From assembly GCA_028286585.1 (NCBI GenBank), contig JAQBRI010000007.1, positions 18,479 to 82,478 on the forward strand: a stretch of DNA of 64,000 nucleotides. Direction: 5' to 3'. The notes beneath the pieces were generated by a model. The model had not been told where the DNA came from. It made no database searches and saw only the letters and a program-made list of their open reading frames with translations. Origin of the DNA: Candidatus Kaiserbacteria bacterium. Its GTDB lineage: Bacteria > Patescibacteriota > Minisyncoccia > Phycocordibacterales > UBA2100. Below, in pieces: positions 17,042 to 27,375 of the stretch (position 1 is the stretch's first letter; the number at the start of each line of letters is the position of its first letter). The position numbers and the translations under genes were made by a program.

Positions 17042-17527
17042 ATGAAAGTGCTGGCAATTGACCCTGGATATGGACGCTGCGGCATTGCCGTAGTCGAAAA
17101 AAATGGCGGCGATAGAGAACGTGTCATCTATTCCAACTGTATCGAAACATCCTCAAAGGATGCTTTCCCCGAAAGGCTAGCAGCAATAGTTACGGAATGC
17201 CTCCATATATTTGAAGAGTACGGCCCAGACACATTTGCTATCGAAAAGCTTTTTTTTACTAATAACCAAAAAACAGCGATGCAAGTTGCCGAGGTACGTG
17301 GAGCACTCATCGCGCTTGCCGCTACGCGCGACATACCAGTTTCGGAATATACGCCAATGCAGGTAAAAAGTGCAACAGCGGGATGGGGAGGAGCTGACAA
17401 ACAGCAAATCATTCAAACGGTTCGCATGCTTGTGCATATTGAAAAAGAAATTAAGCATGACGACGAATATGATGCCATTGCAATTGGCATCACTCACCTT
17501 GCACACAGTCGCGGGATAAAACGTTAG
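17042..17527 (+). CDS. ruvC: Crossover junction endodeoxyribonuclease RuvC
   Basis: LAIDPG, AIEKLFF, EYTPMQVK, DDEYDAIA. Confidence 0.96.
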   Translation: MKVLAIDPGYGRCGIAVVEKNGGDRERVIYSNCIETSSKDAFPERLAAIVTECLHIFEEYGPDTFAIEKLFFTNNQKTAMQVAEVRGALIALAATRDIPVSEYTPMQVKSATAGWGGADKQQIIQTVRMLVHIEKEIKHDDEYDAIAIGITHLAHSRGIKR

Positions 17528-17562
17528 GGAAATAATATATTAAGCGATAGAATAGATAGACT

Positions 17563-20019
17563 ATGCCACGAAGAATTCGTCGAATGCGACAAAGCCCACA
17601 TGCGGGAGTTCGCAGATTTATTTTTATTGCTGAGTTGACCATTTTAGCTGTTATCGCTGCTGGTTTTTTTATTCTTGGCGGTATTATTTTATGGGCATCC
17701 GTAATTCCAATCCCCTCAATCAATAATTTTGGGTCGCGAGCAGTTTCTCAATCCACAAAAATCTACGATCGTACCGGTACGATCGTCCTCTACGATGTGA
17801 ACGGTTCCGTACGCCGAACTTCGGTGCCTCTTGCTTCGATTAACCCCTGGATTAGACAGGCTTCGATTTCGATTGAAGACCGAACCTTTTATGAAAACGT
17901 AGGATTCAAGCCCCTTTCGATTCTTCGGGCAATTTTGGTAAACATTACCTCGGGCGGATATACACAGGGTGCCTCAACAATTACACAGCAGGTTGTTAAA
18001 AACGCGCTGCTTACCCAAAGTAAAACGATTACACGTAAAATCGAAGAAATTATTCTTTCGGTACGTCTTACACGCGTGTACACGAAAGATGAAATTCTTA
18101 ATACGTATTTGAATGAATCTCCCTACGGCGGCACCATCTATGGCGTAGAGGAGGCAGCACAGTATTTTTTTGGCGTTTCAGCAAAAGATGTAGACCTCGC
18201 ACAAGCAGCCTACCTTGCAGCGTTGCCGCAAGCTCCGACCTATTATTCTCCTAACGGTAACCACCGCGATGCACTCGACGCACGTAAAAACTTGGTACTC
18301 GAAAAGATGAAAGAGCAGGGATATATTACGGATGCACAATATCAACAAGCTACAAAGGAAACGGTTACATTCAAAAGTGCCGGCGCAAGTGGAATAAAGG
18401 CTCCTCACTTTGTTTTTTATATTCAGGAATATCTCGAAAGTAAGTATGGTGTTGACGCCGTCATGAGCGGTGGACTCCGCGTCACAACAACGCTTGATTA
18501 TGATCTGCAACAAAAAGTCGAATCTGTGGTACAGAAGTATTCGCCGGGCATGCAAAAAGATTTCAACGCTTCGAATACTGGAACAGTAGTCGTAGACCCA
18601 AAGACCGGTCAGATCCTTGCGATGATGGGTTCAAAAGATTATTTTAATAATTCGATCGATGGACAGGTTAATACAACACTCGCCGAAAGACAGCCTGGTT
18701 CAAGTTTCAAGCCATTTGTGTATGCTACTGCATTCGAAAAAGGATACACACCTGAGACGGTGGTCTTTGATGTACAGACGCAGTTTTCTACATCCTGTTC
18801 CCCATCGGACATCACAAACGATACACCACCATGCTATTCACCAGGTAACTACGACGGATCATATAAAGGTCCAATGACTCTGCGAAATGCTCTCGCTCAA
18901 TCGGAAAATATTCCTGCTGTTAAAACACTCTATCTCACGGGAATTAGTGATTCCATTGCGACAGCTAAGTCTCTTGGCATTACCTCGCTTGGAGATCCAG
19001 GTCAGTACGGTCTTACCCTCGTACTGGGCGGCGGCGAAGTAAGTCTTCTCGAAATGACGGGAGCATACGGAGTATTTGCAAATGACGGAGTGCGGAATCC
19101 TTCAACCGGAATTCTCGAAGTGCAGGATAACGCAGGAAATATACTTGAATCCTATCAATCAGTACCAACGCGGGTGATCGATTCGCAAATTACCCGTGAA
19201 ATATCAGATGTTTTGTCGGATAATGTAGCTCGAATTCCTGAATTTGGTGTAGACAGCCCACTTAATTTCAAAGACGCAGATGTTGCAGATAAAACTGGAA
19301 CCACCAATGATTCGCGCGATGCATGGATTATTGGGTATACGGACTCTGCAGTAGTTGGAACATGGGCAGGAAACAACAACAACACTCCAATGGTAAAAAA
19401 GATTGCGGCATTTATTGTGGCACCGATGTGGCACGATATTATGGAAGCGGTTATTCAAAAATATCCTTCGGTAGCTTTTCCAAAACCAGCGCCCGAAGCA
19501 GATCCGGCAAGTCTTCCACCAGCCTTGGTTGGTAACTGGAATCCAAATCCTTCGCAAGGAGTTCACGATATTCTTTTCTGGGTCCAAAAAAGTAACCCGC
19601 GCGGTCCTGCACCAACAAATCCTTGGGCCGATGGTCAGGCGGCGTATTGGGATTATGGAGTCCAAGCCTGGCTTGCTGCAAACGGAGGAGTTGGTGTTTC
19701 GCCACAATTTAATATCCCGGGAGGAACGGGTGACGGAAGTTCTATCATCTCTCCATCGTCCGAGGCCTTTCAAATTACATCGCCGACATCAGGTGCAGTT
19801 ATTTCATCACAGTATCCACTTACCATTCTTGCGAGCGGAGGTGCGGGAACTGTGACTCGAGTTACTTATTCGATCAACGGTGCCACTGTTGGATCGGCCG
19901 ACAAACCACCATATGCCGTTATCGTAAATCTTCTCAAGAAAGGACCTGCGACGCTCACAGCAGCAATTCAAACAGCTACAGGTCTACAGACTCAGACCGT
20001 TAACTTTTCTGTTCAATAG
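17563..20019 (+). CDS. Class A penicillin-binding protein with a C-terminal Ig-like domain
   Basis: EDRTFY and GASTITQQVVKN (GT51); QPGSSFK, SEN, KTGTT (transpeptidase). Confidence 0.95.
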   Translation: MPRRIRRMRQSPHAGVRRFIFIAELTILAVIAAGFFILGGIILWASVIPIPSINNFGSRAVSQSTKIYDRTGTIVLYDVNGSVRRTSVPLASINPWIRQASISIEDRTFYENVGFKPLSILRAILVNITSGGYTQGASTITQQVVKNALLTQSKTITRKIEEIILSVRLTRVYTKDEILNTYLNESPYGGTIYGVEEAAQYFFGVSAKDVDLAQAAYLAALPQAPTYYSPNGNHRDALDARKNLVLEKMKEQGYITDAQYQQATKETVTFKSAGASGIKAPHFVFYIQEYLESKYGVDAVMSGGLRVTTTLDYDLQQKVESVVQKYSPGMQKDFNASNTGTVVVDPKTGQILAMMGSKDYFNNSIDGQVNTTLAERQPGSSFKPFVYATAFEKGYTPETVVFDVQTQFSTSCSPSDITNDTPPCYSPGNYDGSYKGPMTLRNALAQSENIPAVKTLYLTGISDSIATAKSLGITSLGDPGQYGLTLVLGGGEVSLLEMTGAYGVFANDGVRNPSTGILEVQDNAGNILESYQSVPTRVIDSQITREISDVLSDNVARIPEFGVDSPLNFKDADVADKTGTTNDSRDAWIIGYTDSAVVGTWAGNNNNTPMVKKIAAFIVAPMWHDIMEAVIQKYPSVAFPKPAPEADPASLPPALVGNWNPNPSQGVHDILFWVQKSNPRGPAPTNPWADGQAAYWDYGVQAWLAANGGVGVSPQFNIPGGTGDGSSIISPSSEAFQITSPTSGAVISSQYPLTILASGGAGTVTRVTYSINGATVGSADKPPYAVIVNLLKKGPATLTAAIQTATGLQTQTVNFSVQ

Positions 20020-20027
20020 GTCAAATT

Positions 20028-21134
20028 TTAGCGATTGAGAGGCATCACAAGATAACGAAAGGATGCATCAGAAACCCCTTTAATAACAACGGGTCTTCCT
20101 ACTCCTGCAAACGTTAAGATAATGGAATCAGACGCAATAGATGACAGACAATCTGCTAGGTATGTAATGTGAAATTTAATATCAATGTCTTCTCCTGTAA
20201 TCGCTGCGTCAATCGAGTCTGACATTTCACCTATTTCGTTACTTTGTGCGGTAATGGTGAATATTTTTCGGTTTGGATAGACATGAAAGCCTACGTATTG
20301 TTCTACTCCTGAAAATATTCGGGCTTTTCTGAGTGCATCAGTAAAATCACCCTTTAAAACAACAACTTCAGTATTGGTGTCCTTTGGAATAATTTCCTTA
20401 TATTGTGGAAAATGACCGTCTACTACCCGTGTCGAATAATAAAGGCCTGGTCCCTGGAAAACAATGTAGGAATCTTCGACAACCTTCCATTCAATAGAAT
20501 CCTCTTGAATATGTTCGAGTACATGCAATAACTCGAGTGTATATTTGAGCGGAATTAAAATTTCGGTATTTTCGGCAACGGCCGTTTGTTTGATGGTTTT
20601 TTCAGCCAAACGAAATGAGTCTGTTGCGACACAGATAAAGTCCGTATCGTTCGATAACATACAAATACTTCCTAATTCAGGGCGAATCATCGAGGGAGAT
20701 GCCGAGTATACAACTGATCGTATTCCAGAAAGGAGTGTATTCTTTTCAATTGTATTAGTGTTTGTGACCACTGTGTCTGATTGTAAAAGCGGAAATTCCG
20801 CGTGCGAAATTGCTTTTATAACACTGTGTGATTTTTGTGATTTGATTACAAAATTTTCATCTTCAACGGTGCAGGTAATTGATTCACCCTGAATCGAGCG
20901 AAGTGTTTGGGAAAGGATATGAGCGGGTATTGCGATAATGCCTTCTGTAGTTACCTGTGCTGGGATTACCGACTTGATGGTCGATTCGAGATTTGTTGCC
21001 TGAATGCTAACTGTATTGTTTTTGCTTTCAAATACGATACATGAAAGTACTGGGAGTGATTCTTTCTTTCCGACGATCTTCTCACACATCAGTACTGCAT
21101 TAAGTAATTGTTTGGTTGTTGTTGAGAAGTTCAT
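20028..21134 (-). CDS. dnaN: DNA polymerase III beta sliding clamp
   Basis: LPVLS, ATNLE, VATDSFRLAE, YLVMPL; directly downstream of dnaA. Confidence 0.96.
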   Translation of the reverse strand: MNFSTTTKQLLNAVLMCEKIVGKKESLPVLSCIVFESKNNTVSIQATNLESTIKSVIPAQVTTEGIIAIPAHILSQTLRSIQGESITCTVEDENFVIKSQKSHSVIKAISHAEFPLLQSDTVVTNTNTIEKNTLLSGIRSVVYSASPSMIRPELGSICMLSNDTDFICVATDSFRLAEKTIKQTAVAENTEILIPLKYTLELLHVLEHIQEDSIEWKVVEDSYIVFQGPGLYYSTRVVDGHFPQYKEIIPKDTNTEVVVLKGDFTDALRKARIFSGVEQYVGFHVYPNRKIFTITAQSNEIGEMSDSIDAAITGEDIDIKFHITYLADCLSSIASDSIILTFAGVGRPVVIKGVSDASFRYLVMPLNR

Positions 21135-21159
21135 ATAATTTAATTTATTTTTAAAAAAG

Positions 21160-21370
21160 AGTATTACTACTATATGTGGGGATATGGTGATAAGTACATA
21201 ATTCACTTCCCTGCTTGGATGGTTTGAGAAGTTCAGTTGGGGATAGCGGTGTGTATAAGCACATACTAAGTCGATTTTTTAATAAGTGAAAAAATATTTC
21301 TCTTGATTACCTAAGTTATAAACATGGAATTCAGTAGTCATACTCATCTTATACATACGCTATCCACAGG
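21160..21370. other. Replication origin oriC (dnaA-dnaN intergenic)
   Basis: DnaA boxes: TTATACACA (minus, about 21250), CTATCCACA 21360-21368, and TTATCACCA/ATATCCCCA followed by TAGTAGTAA DnaA-trio-like repeats on the minus strand just upstream of dnaN. Confidence 0.8.
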
Positions 21371-22717
21371 TTATACATGCACTAATGCACGGACATGCTC
21401 AAGCTCTTGTTCCAGAACATTACTTATTAAAGATTCCTTTTTAATTTTCTCACACGAATGAATAACCGTCGTGTGGTCTCGCCCACCAAGCTTTTCACCA
21501 ATAGTAGGAAACGAAATATTAAACTCCTCACGCAGGATATACATAATTATTTGGCGTGGGCGTACAACTTCCTTCTTTCGGGTTTTTTCGTAGATGCTTT
21601 TCTCTGCAATATTATAATATTGCGCGATTCGACGAACCACTTCCTCTACAGACACACCCTTTTGCTGCTTCATGGTGTGTTTAATGAGGGTTCTCACATC
21701 AGAAATTGTTATTGGCTTACCCTTAAGCTGCGATTTGCACTCAATCATATTAAGCACACCCTCGATTTCTCGAATATTTCCACGCACGGAGTCAGCGATA
21801 AAATCTACCACATCCTTTGGAATAGAAAAACCATGTGCCTCGAGCTTTGCACAAATAATACTTCGACGGGATTCTATGTCCGGCTCGGTAATCTCAGCGA
21901 TCATTCCCCCAACAAATCGACCCTTAAGCCGTTCTTCAAATCCCGGCATGAGCATTGGGTGTTTATCGGAAGAAAAAATAATCTGTTTGTTGTTGTCTCG
22001 AAGTGCGTTAAACAAGTGAAAAAGTTCTTCTTGGGTTTTTTCGGTGCTAGCAATAAATTGAATATCATCCATGATCAAAACATCATATTGACGGTATTGA
22101 TTCTTAAAGTTGTTGGCCGTACCACTTCGGACTGAGTTGATGTAATCAATAGCAAACTTTTCCGAGGTTATATAAATGACTTTTTTGTTTGAATGCGTCT
22201 TCTTAAACTGATTTCCTATCGATTGAGTAAGATGTGTCTTTCCGTATCCAGTAGATCCATATATAAACAATGGATTATAAAGTGCCCCAGGATGTTCCAA
22301 GACGGCCTTTGAGGCAGCAAACGCAAGCTGATTAAAGGCTCCGACAACAAAGGTGTCAAAGGTATATCGAGGGTTGAGGTTGTCACGCTTATCTATATAA
22401 AGCTTTTGAAGATCAAGCGAGGTGTTCCCTACTGGCTGCTGCTGTTTTTTTGCATCAAGATGCGGCTGCACGCGATGCACTGAATATTCTATGGCTCGAA
22501 TCGAGTTATCAAGATTGCGGAGCGCTGAAAGAATTACTTTATGGTGCTTTTCCATCAGCCACTCCTTTACTATCTTTGATGGAACGGCGAGCTGCACGGT
22601 CCCGTCCTCGTGGTTAAGTATCGATATATTTCGGAACCATGTTTTGAAACTAGCCTGTGAAGTTTCAAGCTCGATGTGTACAAGTGCGTTTTGCCAGAGT
22701 TCATTATTAGTTATCAT
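21371..22717 (-). CDS. dnaA: Chromosomal replication initiator DnaA
   Basis: LNPRYTFDTFVVG, YNPLFIYGSTGYGKTHL, DDIQF, GGRDHTTVIH. Confidence 0.98.
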   Translation of the reverse strand: MITNNELWQNALVHIELETSQASFKTWFRNISILNHEDGTVQLAVPSKIVKEWLMEKHHKVILSALRNLDNSIRAIEYSVHRVQPHLDAKKQQQPVGNTSLDLQKLYIDKRDNLNPRYTFDTFVVGAFNQLAFAASKAVLEHPGALYNPLFIYGSTGYGKTHLTQSIGNQFKKTHSNKKVIYITSEKFAIDYINSVRSGTANNFKNQYRQYDVLIMDDIQFIASTEKTQEELFHLFNALRDNNKQIIFSSDKHPMLMPGFEERLKGRFVGGMIAEITEPDIESRRSIICAKLEAHGFSIPKDVVDFIADSVRGNIREIEGVLNMIECKSQLKGKPITISDVRTLIKHTMKQQKGVSVEEVVRRIAQYYNIAEKSIYEKTRKKEVVRPRQIIMYILREEFNISFPTIGEKLGGRDHTTVIHSCEKIKKESLISNVLEQELEHVRALVHV

Positions 22718-22854
22718 ACGCAGGTGATGCAATTATACGCACTTTAGAATATAAAACCAACCTTTCGGATCGTAATCAAATCTGTGCATATCGTGTGGAT
22801 AGCTACCAGCCTGCCCTGCTTGATATATTTGATTTTTGAGATATAGTGCTTGGT

Positions 22855-22995
22855 ATGAAGCGAACCTATCAACCAAAGAAACAAAAGCGAGCGAAGGCTC
22901 ACGGTTTTATAGCTCGATCTGCAACTGTTGGAGGTCGCGCAATGATCGCCCGACGTCGTGCAAAGGGCCGATCAAAACTCTCGGCGTCTGTATAA
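22855..22995 (+). CDS. rpmH: 50S ribosomal protein L34 (absent from the ORF track)
   Basis: Manual translation [46 protein letters not shown]. Confidence 0.96.
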   Translation: MKRTYQPKKQKRAKAHGFIARSATVGGRAMIARRRAKGRSKLSASV

Positions 22996-23324
22996 TGACT
23001 CAGAAGTCACGCATGACACGTGCCGATATCGAGCGAGTACTCAAAAGCAAGACTCGCCGCGTGCGTACAGCGTTATTTTCTGCGATATTTTGCCCATCCG
23101 TTGATGGCGCCCCTACGCAATACGCGACTGTTGTATCAAAGAAAATAGCTCGTCATGCAGTTGACCGCAATCGTATTAAACGCCGAATGCGGGCAGCATT
23201 ACAACACGTTTCTCCCCCAGTCCACTCCTATTTTATTGTTCTATATCCCCTAAAGACAGTGGCTACGGTACCGCATGATGTACTAATGAACGAAGTCCAG
23301 TCATTTTTACAGACTCTCTCGTGA
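22995..23324 (+). CDS. rnpA: Ribonuclease P protein component
   Basis: VVSKKIARHAVDRNRIKRRMR RNR motif; TAATG overlap with rpmH. Confidence 0.93.
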   Translation: MTQKSRMTRADIERVLKSKTRRVRTALFSAIFCPSVDGAPTQYATVVSKKIARHAVDRNRIKRRMRAALQHVSPPVHSYFIVLYPLKTVATVPHDVLMNEVQSFLQTLS

Positions 23325-23341
23325 TATAGTATAAAATATAT

Positions 23342-24070
23342 ATGATTGCATCCATTTTTCACCTAGTAATATACGCGCCGCTCTATAATGCGCTCGTATA
23401 CCTCGTTTCCCTCGTTCCAAACCATGATATAGGAATTGCTATAGTAATTCTTACTATTATTGTGCGAATCATTCTGTTTCCTCTTTCGCGTAAAGCAATC
23501 GAGACACAAATTGCAATGAAGCGTATCACGCCAGAAGTTGCAAAACTTCGTGAATTGCACAAAGAAGACAAGACGGCAGAAACTAAGGCTATTCTCGAGC
23601 TCTATCGAGAAAATAATGTGCACCCATTTGCTAGTTTTGGCATCGTATTATTGCAGCTCCCAATACTTCTTGGACTCTATTTTGTGTTTGCACGTGCGGG
23701 ATTTCCCGTCATAAATACTGATTTTCTCTATTCGTTTGTAGCAGTTCCAAAAATGGTAAACATGGAGTTTTTAGGAATTTGGAATATGGCAAATAGTCAC
23801 AATATCTTCCTCGCGGTCACTGCAGGATTAACCCAGTTTGCATATACCCGACTCTCGATGGGTCCACGCGGCGTAAAGACAGCAACAGAAGCATCGCTTT
23901 CTGACGAAATGGCAAAAAGCTTTGATCTTCAGGCCCGTTTTGTCCTTCCTCTTATCATTGCTGTTGCAGGATATACACTAGTGTCCGCCGCGGCCTTGTA
24001 TTACACAGCAAGCAATATCTGTATGATCATACAGGAACTTCTTTCTGGGCGTCGCTTTACCAATGACTAG
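23342..24070 (+). CDS. yidC: Membrane protein insertase YidC/Oxa1
   Basis: GIAIVILTIIVRIILFPL, QLPIL, LYY motifs; conserved position. Confidence 0.93.
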   Translation: MIASIFHLVIYAPLYNALVYLVSLVPNHDIGIAIVILTIIVRIILFPLSRKAIETQIAMKRITPEVAKLRELHKEDKTAETKAILELYRENNVHPFASFGIVLLQLPILLGLYFVFARAGFPVINTDFLYSFVAVPKMVNMEFLGIWNMANSHNIFLAVTAGLTQFAYTRLSMGPRGVKTATEASLSDEMAKSFDLQARFVLPLIIAVAGYTLVSAAALYYTASNICMIIQELLSGRRFTND

Positions 24071-24090
24071 CGGACAGGTATAGTGAGTCG

Positions 24091-24567
24091 ATGAATGGAG
24101 ATGTAAAAGCAATTATTCTCAATATTTTCTCTAATATTGGCCACGAGGAACTTCCTGTTGAGGAAACTACCGTTGCAGGACAGCATATATTTTCTATACA
24201 AATCCCCGAAGCTGATCTTGCTTTGTTTGCAAACAATCCAGATGTCATTAATGCGCTCGACCACCTCGTCAAAAAGATAGTTGAAAAAAATACTGTTGCA
24301 TCCCCTACCGCACCAGGCAATGAAGACAGATTTTCATTTCTCGTCGATATTGGAGGCAAACGAATTGCACAGATAAAGGATTTAGAGTCACGCGCAATGA
24401 TGATGGCTGATCGCGCACGCTCGTTTCAATATGACGTCGAATTGGCACCCATGAGCGCCTATGAGCGTCTTATTGTGCATACAACACTACAAGATTCACC
24501 TAAGGTACGAACCGAGTCTCAGGGAGAAGGTTTTAACCGCCGTGTAGTTATCAAATACGTCGCTTAA
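24091..24567 (+). CDS. Jag/KhpB-like R3H RNA-binding protein (short)
   Basis: LAPMSAYERLIVH...TESQGEGFNRRVVI R3H domain after yidC. Confidence 0.85.
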   Translation: MNGDVKAIILNIFSNIGHEELPVEETTVAGQHIFSIQIPEADLALFANNPDVINALDHLVKKIVEKNTVASPTAPGNEDRFSFLVDIGGKRIAQIKDLESRAMMMADRARSFQYDVELAPMSAYERLIVHTTLQDSPKVRTESQGEGFNRRVVIKYVA

Positions 24568-24586
24568 CAACACTGTTTGGATGTTA

Positions 24587-25045
24587 TTAAGGGCCAACAG
24601 TCGCGGTTTTAACTGTATTCAGTGTCTTCAAAATATCAAGGTTTAGAAGATTGGGATTGATCTGAAAAAGTATCAAATACACGCCAAATAGAATCAAAAG
24701 ACCTATTATTGAATCCGCGAACATTTTTTTTGCTACATCTTTCTTGCTCCACATGTCGGCACTTCCCATATACAGGTACCCTGCCCAGGTGATTCGGCAT
24801 ACTGCCGCAAAGGCACCGGCCGAAAGTATGATCCGAAACATTGCATTCAAATATTGTGTGAGTCCTTGCGCATCTATAGCACTATTTATGGCCGGAGAAT
24901 TTTTATAATCTGCCAGCGGTACAAATTTACTAGGTGTTTCTGAAGTTGAAGGTGTTGCTTGCGCGTGTGCAGTGTAATTCACCCCGGTAAAACTTACCAA
25001 AAGCACAACGAGGCAGATTTTGATTGATGTATATATAAGTTTCAT
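24587..25045 (-). CDS. T4SS pilin-like (VirB2/TrbC-type) membrane protein
   Basis: Signal peptide, two hydrophobic helices, GYLYM...AK...IIGL...INP pattern. Confidence 0.65.
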   Translation of the reverse strand: MKLIYTSIKICLVVLLVSFTGVNYTAHAQATPSTSETPSKFVPLADYKNSPAINSAIDAQGLTQYLNAMFRIILSAGAFAAVCRITWAGYLYMGSADMWSKKDVAKKMFADSIIGLLILFGVYLILFQINPNLLNLDILKTLNTVKTATVGP

Positions 25046-25049
25046 ATCT

Positions 25050-26297
25050 CTATTGTGTCACACGTAATGCCCATAATGATTGATCGGTTCTGTTTCTAAA
25101 TACAATAAAATTGCCGGTTGGATCCATTTGCGGATTTTCCACATCAAAGGCAATACCATCCCCTACCGGATCGTAGATTCGTGTTGTGGTCGCCGAATCA
25201 ACACGCCACCACTCATCACTGGTATGAACAAGGCCTTGGTACCAGTCTGTTATATATGTTTTGTCTGTGATGCTTTTTGGTACGGCGCAGTAAGCGACGG
25301 GCTCGATACTAGACATCCATACACACTTATCCGCAATGGTGGATAGTGGAACCAAAAGACCTGTGCTGCTGGTTGCGAAGACAAGGTTTACGAGTCCACT
25401 TGCCGAACTACTATACAAAAACTCCTTTCCAGAAGTACGAGGAAGTATCATAAGTCCTGAAATCGCCCGCATATAGGGGTTTAATACTCCTGTCGATGTT
25501 ACCTGGTAGCTGTATCCCGGGATATTGTCAGCCGGACTCTGGGTAAGAAAGATTCTGCCGTCAGTAAGTATACTTGGCACCCAGCTCTTGAGAGGAAGCG
25601 ATGTAATAAGAACTGGCTTTGCATCATTCCAGCCCTGTGAATACAAGCTTGCTCCACCTGTTGGGTTTGCAGCGGTGTATATATATGTTTTTGTCTTTGC
25701 ATTTAATGCAAACTGAAGTGCATTTGGTGCGGTATATGCCCCACTGAGCGATAGATGTGCACTTGTTGTGGCGTTAGATGCAGTCGGAGCCACCGTATGG
25801 ATTGTACCGAGGAATGTTGTGATGTTTCCATTTGTATCAAGAGAGCGCTCAACCACGCTTCCATCTTGTGCGACATATGCTTCGTATATTTCAGGAAATA
25901 ATGTATCCGTAACACGCACGGTTGTTTGGGATGCTAGGTCAGCAGCGAAAATATTTCCATTGGCTCTGGGAATATATTCAAGCGTTGAAGAAGAAAAGCC
26001 ATATCCTGCGATAGGCTGTGCATCCACATGCCATATTCTTGGAATAGTTTTTGCAGATGGTGCAATACCGATTGGAGTCGAGGTCCCCTGATTTGCAGCA
26101 CTTCCCCCGGTGCTTGGTGTGCCAAAAGAATTATATTGCGTATTGGTAGTGCTGTTTCCGCGAAGTTGGTCGATTTTTTGAATCGATGTCTCTTTTGTTT
26201 TGAGATAGACATACCACCCAGTCATTCCGCCGAGAATCGTGACGATAAGTGCTAATACTATGAGTCTGAGAGGTTTTATAAAGGAAGAAGTTTCCAT
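25050..26297 (-). CDS. Membrane-anchored extracellular protein, probable beta-propeller, in T4SS-like cluster
   Basis: Single N-terminal TM helix, beta-rich body, KCVW...YCAVP. Confidence 0.55.
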   Translation of the reverse strand: METSSFIKPLRLIVLALIVTILGGMTGWYVYLKTKETSIQKIDQLRGNSTTNTQYNSFGTPSTGGSAANQGTSTPIGIAPSAKTIPRIWHVDAQPIAGYGFSSSTLEYIPRANGNIFAADLASQTTVRVTDTLFPEIYEAYVAQDGSVVERSLDTNGNITTFLGTIHTVAPTASNATTSAHLSLSGAYTAPNALQFALNAKTKTYIYTAANPTGGASLYSQGWNDAKPVLITSLPLKSWVPSILTDGRIFLTQSPADNIPGYSYQVTSTGVLNPYMRAISGLMILPRTSGKEFLYSSSASGLVNLVFATSSTGLLVPLSTIADKCVWMSSIEPVAYCAVPKSITDKTYITDWYQGLVHTSDEWWRVDSATTTRIYDPVGDGIAFDVENPQMDPTGNFIVFRNRTDQSLWALRVTQ

Positions 26298-26300
26298 AGG

Positions 26301-27374
26301 TTATTTTGGAGTTGCATGAAATGGATCTGCAGCAGTTTGTGTTGGCGTATTTATTGTCGTTGTTTTGTTAAATACCACACTCCACAACTGTTCTGCATCC
26401 ATCAAAAAATCCTGGGAGTGCGTAACGGAAAGCGATATGTTTGCAGCTCCATTTGAATTTGCAGCGTTAATGGTCAGTTTACTTGGATTGCTCGTATCAA
26501 GTGGTACCGGTATGCCATTAATATCCCAACTATATATCAACCTGGGATCATTTGGATTTGATACTGCCGCAAAGTAAGGCACGGCACGGAATGTTGATTC
26601 AATGTCATTAATGGGAGTGTTTGCGAGAAGTGCGCTGGAATACATTGTTCCATATCGAGGATTATTTACGTACAGTTCTACAAGCGGATCATTAACAGGA
26701 ACATTTATATGTGCTGCACCAGAAATTGTGTTGTCTGAAGAGTGAACAACCACATCAACAGAATACGAAGAAGTTAATATGGGAGCTCCTACGGTAAGAA
26801 TATTTTTTCCAAGTCCCGATAATGAGCCCTTTACTATACCGTTCACGCTCCACGTAAAAATTAGTTTGTCATTTGCTATTCGAGCTCCTCGACTGTCGAC
26901 AAGGTATGGAATTGTTTGCACTTTAAAACCCGAACCGTGCGACGGAAGCGCGCGCCCCTTATAAAAGGGCGGAATATATGAGTTACTGTCGAGCAACAAA
27001 TCTACAACTGTAGGAGTTATAACAACTTGCGCACTTTTATTGCCGCTCGTAGTGTCGGCTGTTGCTCGAACTGTAAGAGATGATCCAGCATTTTGTGCCT
27101 GCGTCGTAAATTGCGTATCACCAATCGAACTCTCGATTTGCTTTCCATTTACCGTCCACGTGATTAAGCTTTGCGAAATGTCGGTGGATGCACTAGTTAC
27201 AGTTGCTGTAATAGTGTCACGCGGGCCAGGATTGTGAGGCGTGAATGTAATATACATGTCGGAGCCGCTGCCTCCCCCGCCAAGACTTTGTGCATGAGTA
27301 CGTGTTGCAGCACAAAACATAATAAGTAAAAAGAGACTGCTATATACAGATATGTGTGTACGAAGCGACACCAT
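26301..27374 (-). CDS. Secreted protein with three Ig-like repeats, in T4SS-like cluster
   Basis: Signal peptide; repeats ITWTVNG, FTWSVNG, YSWDING. Confidence 0.6.
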   Translation of the reverse strand: MVSLRTHISVYSSLFLLIMFCAATRTHAQSLGGGGSGSDMYITFTPHNPGPRDTITATVTSASTDISQSLITWTVNGKQIESSIGDTQFTTQAQNAGSSLTVRATADTTSGNKSAQVVITPTVVDLLLDSNSYIPPFYKGRALPSHGSGFKVQTIPYLVDSRGARIANDKLIFTWSVNGIVKGSLSGLGKNILTVGAPILTSSYSVDVVVHSSDNTISGAAHINVPVNDPLVELYVNNPRYGTMYSSALLANTPINDIESTFRAVPYFAAVSNPNDPRLIYSWDINGIPVPLDTSNPSKLTINAANSNGAANISLSVTHSQDFLMDAEQLWSVVFNKTTTINTPTQTAADPFHATPK

Positions 27375-27375
27375 A

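Noticed and set aside
22836-22994. N-terminal extension of RnpA in the ORF track (likewise PilB, YebC, Xth, DnaN extensions)
   Set aside because: This interval encodes rpmH in another frame; downstream starts fit family N-termini and -10 spacing
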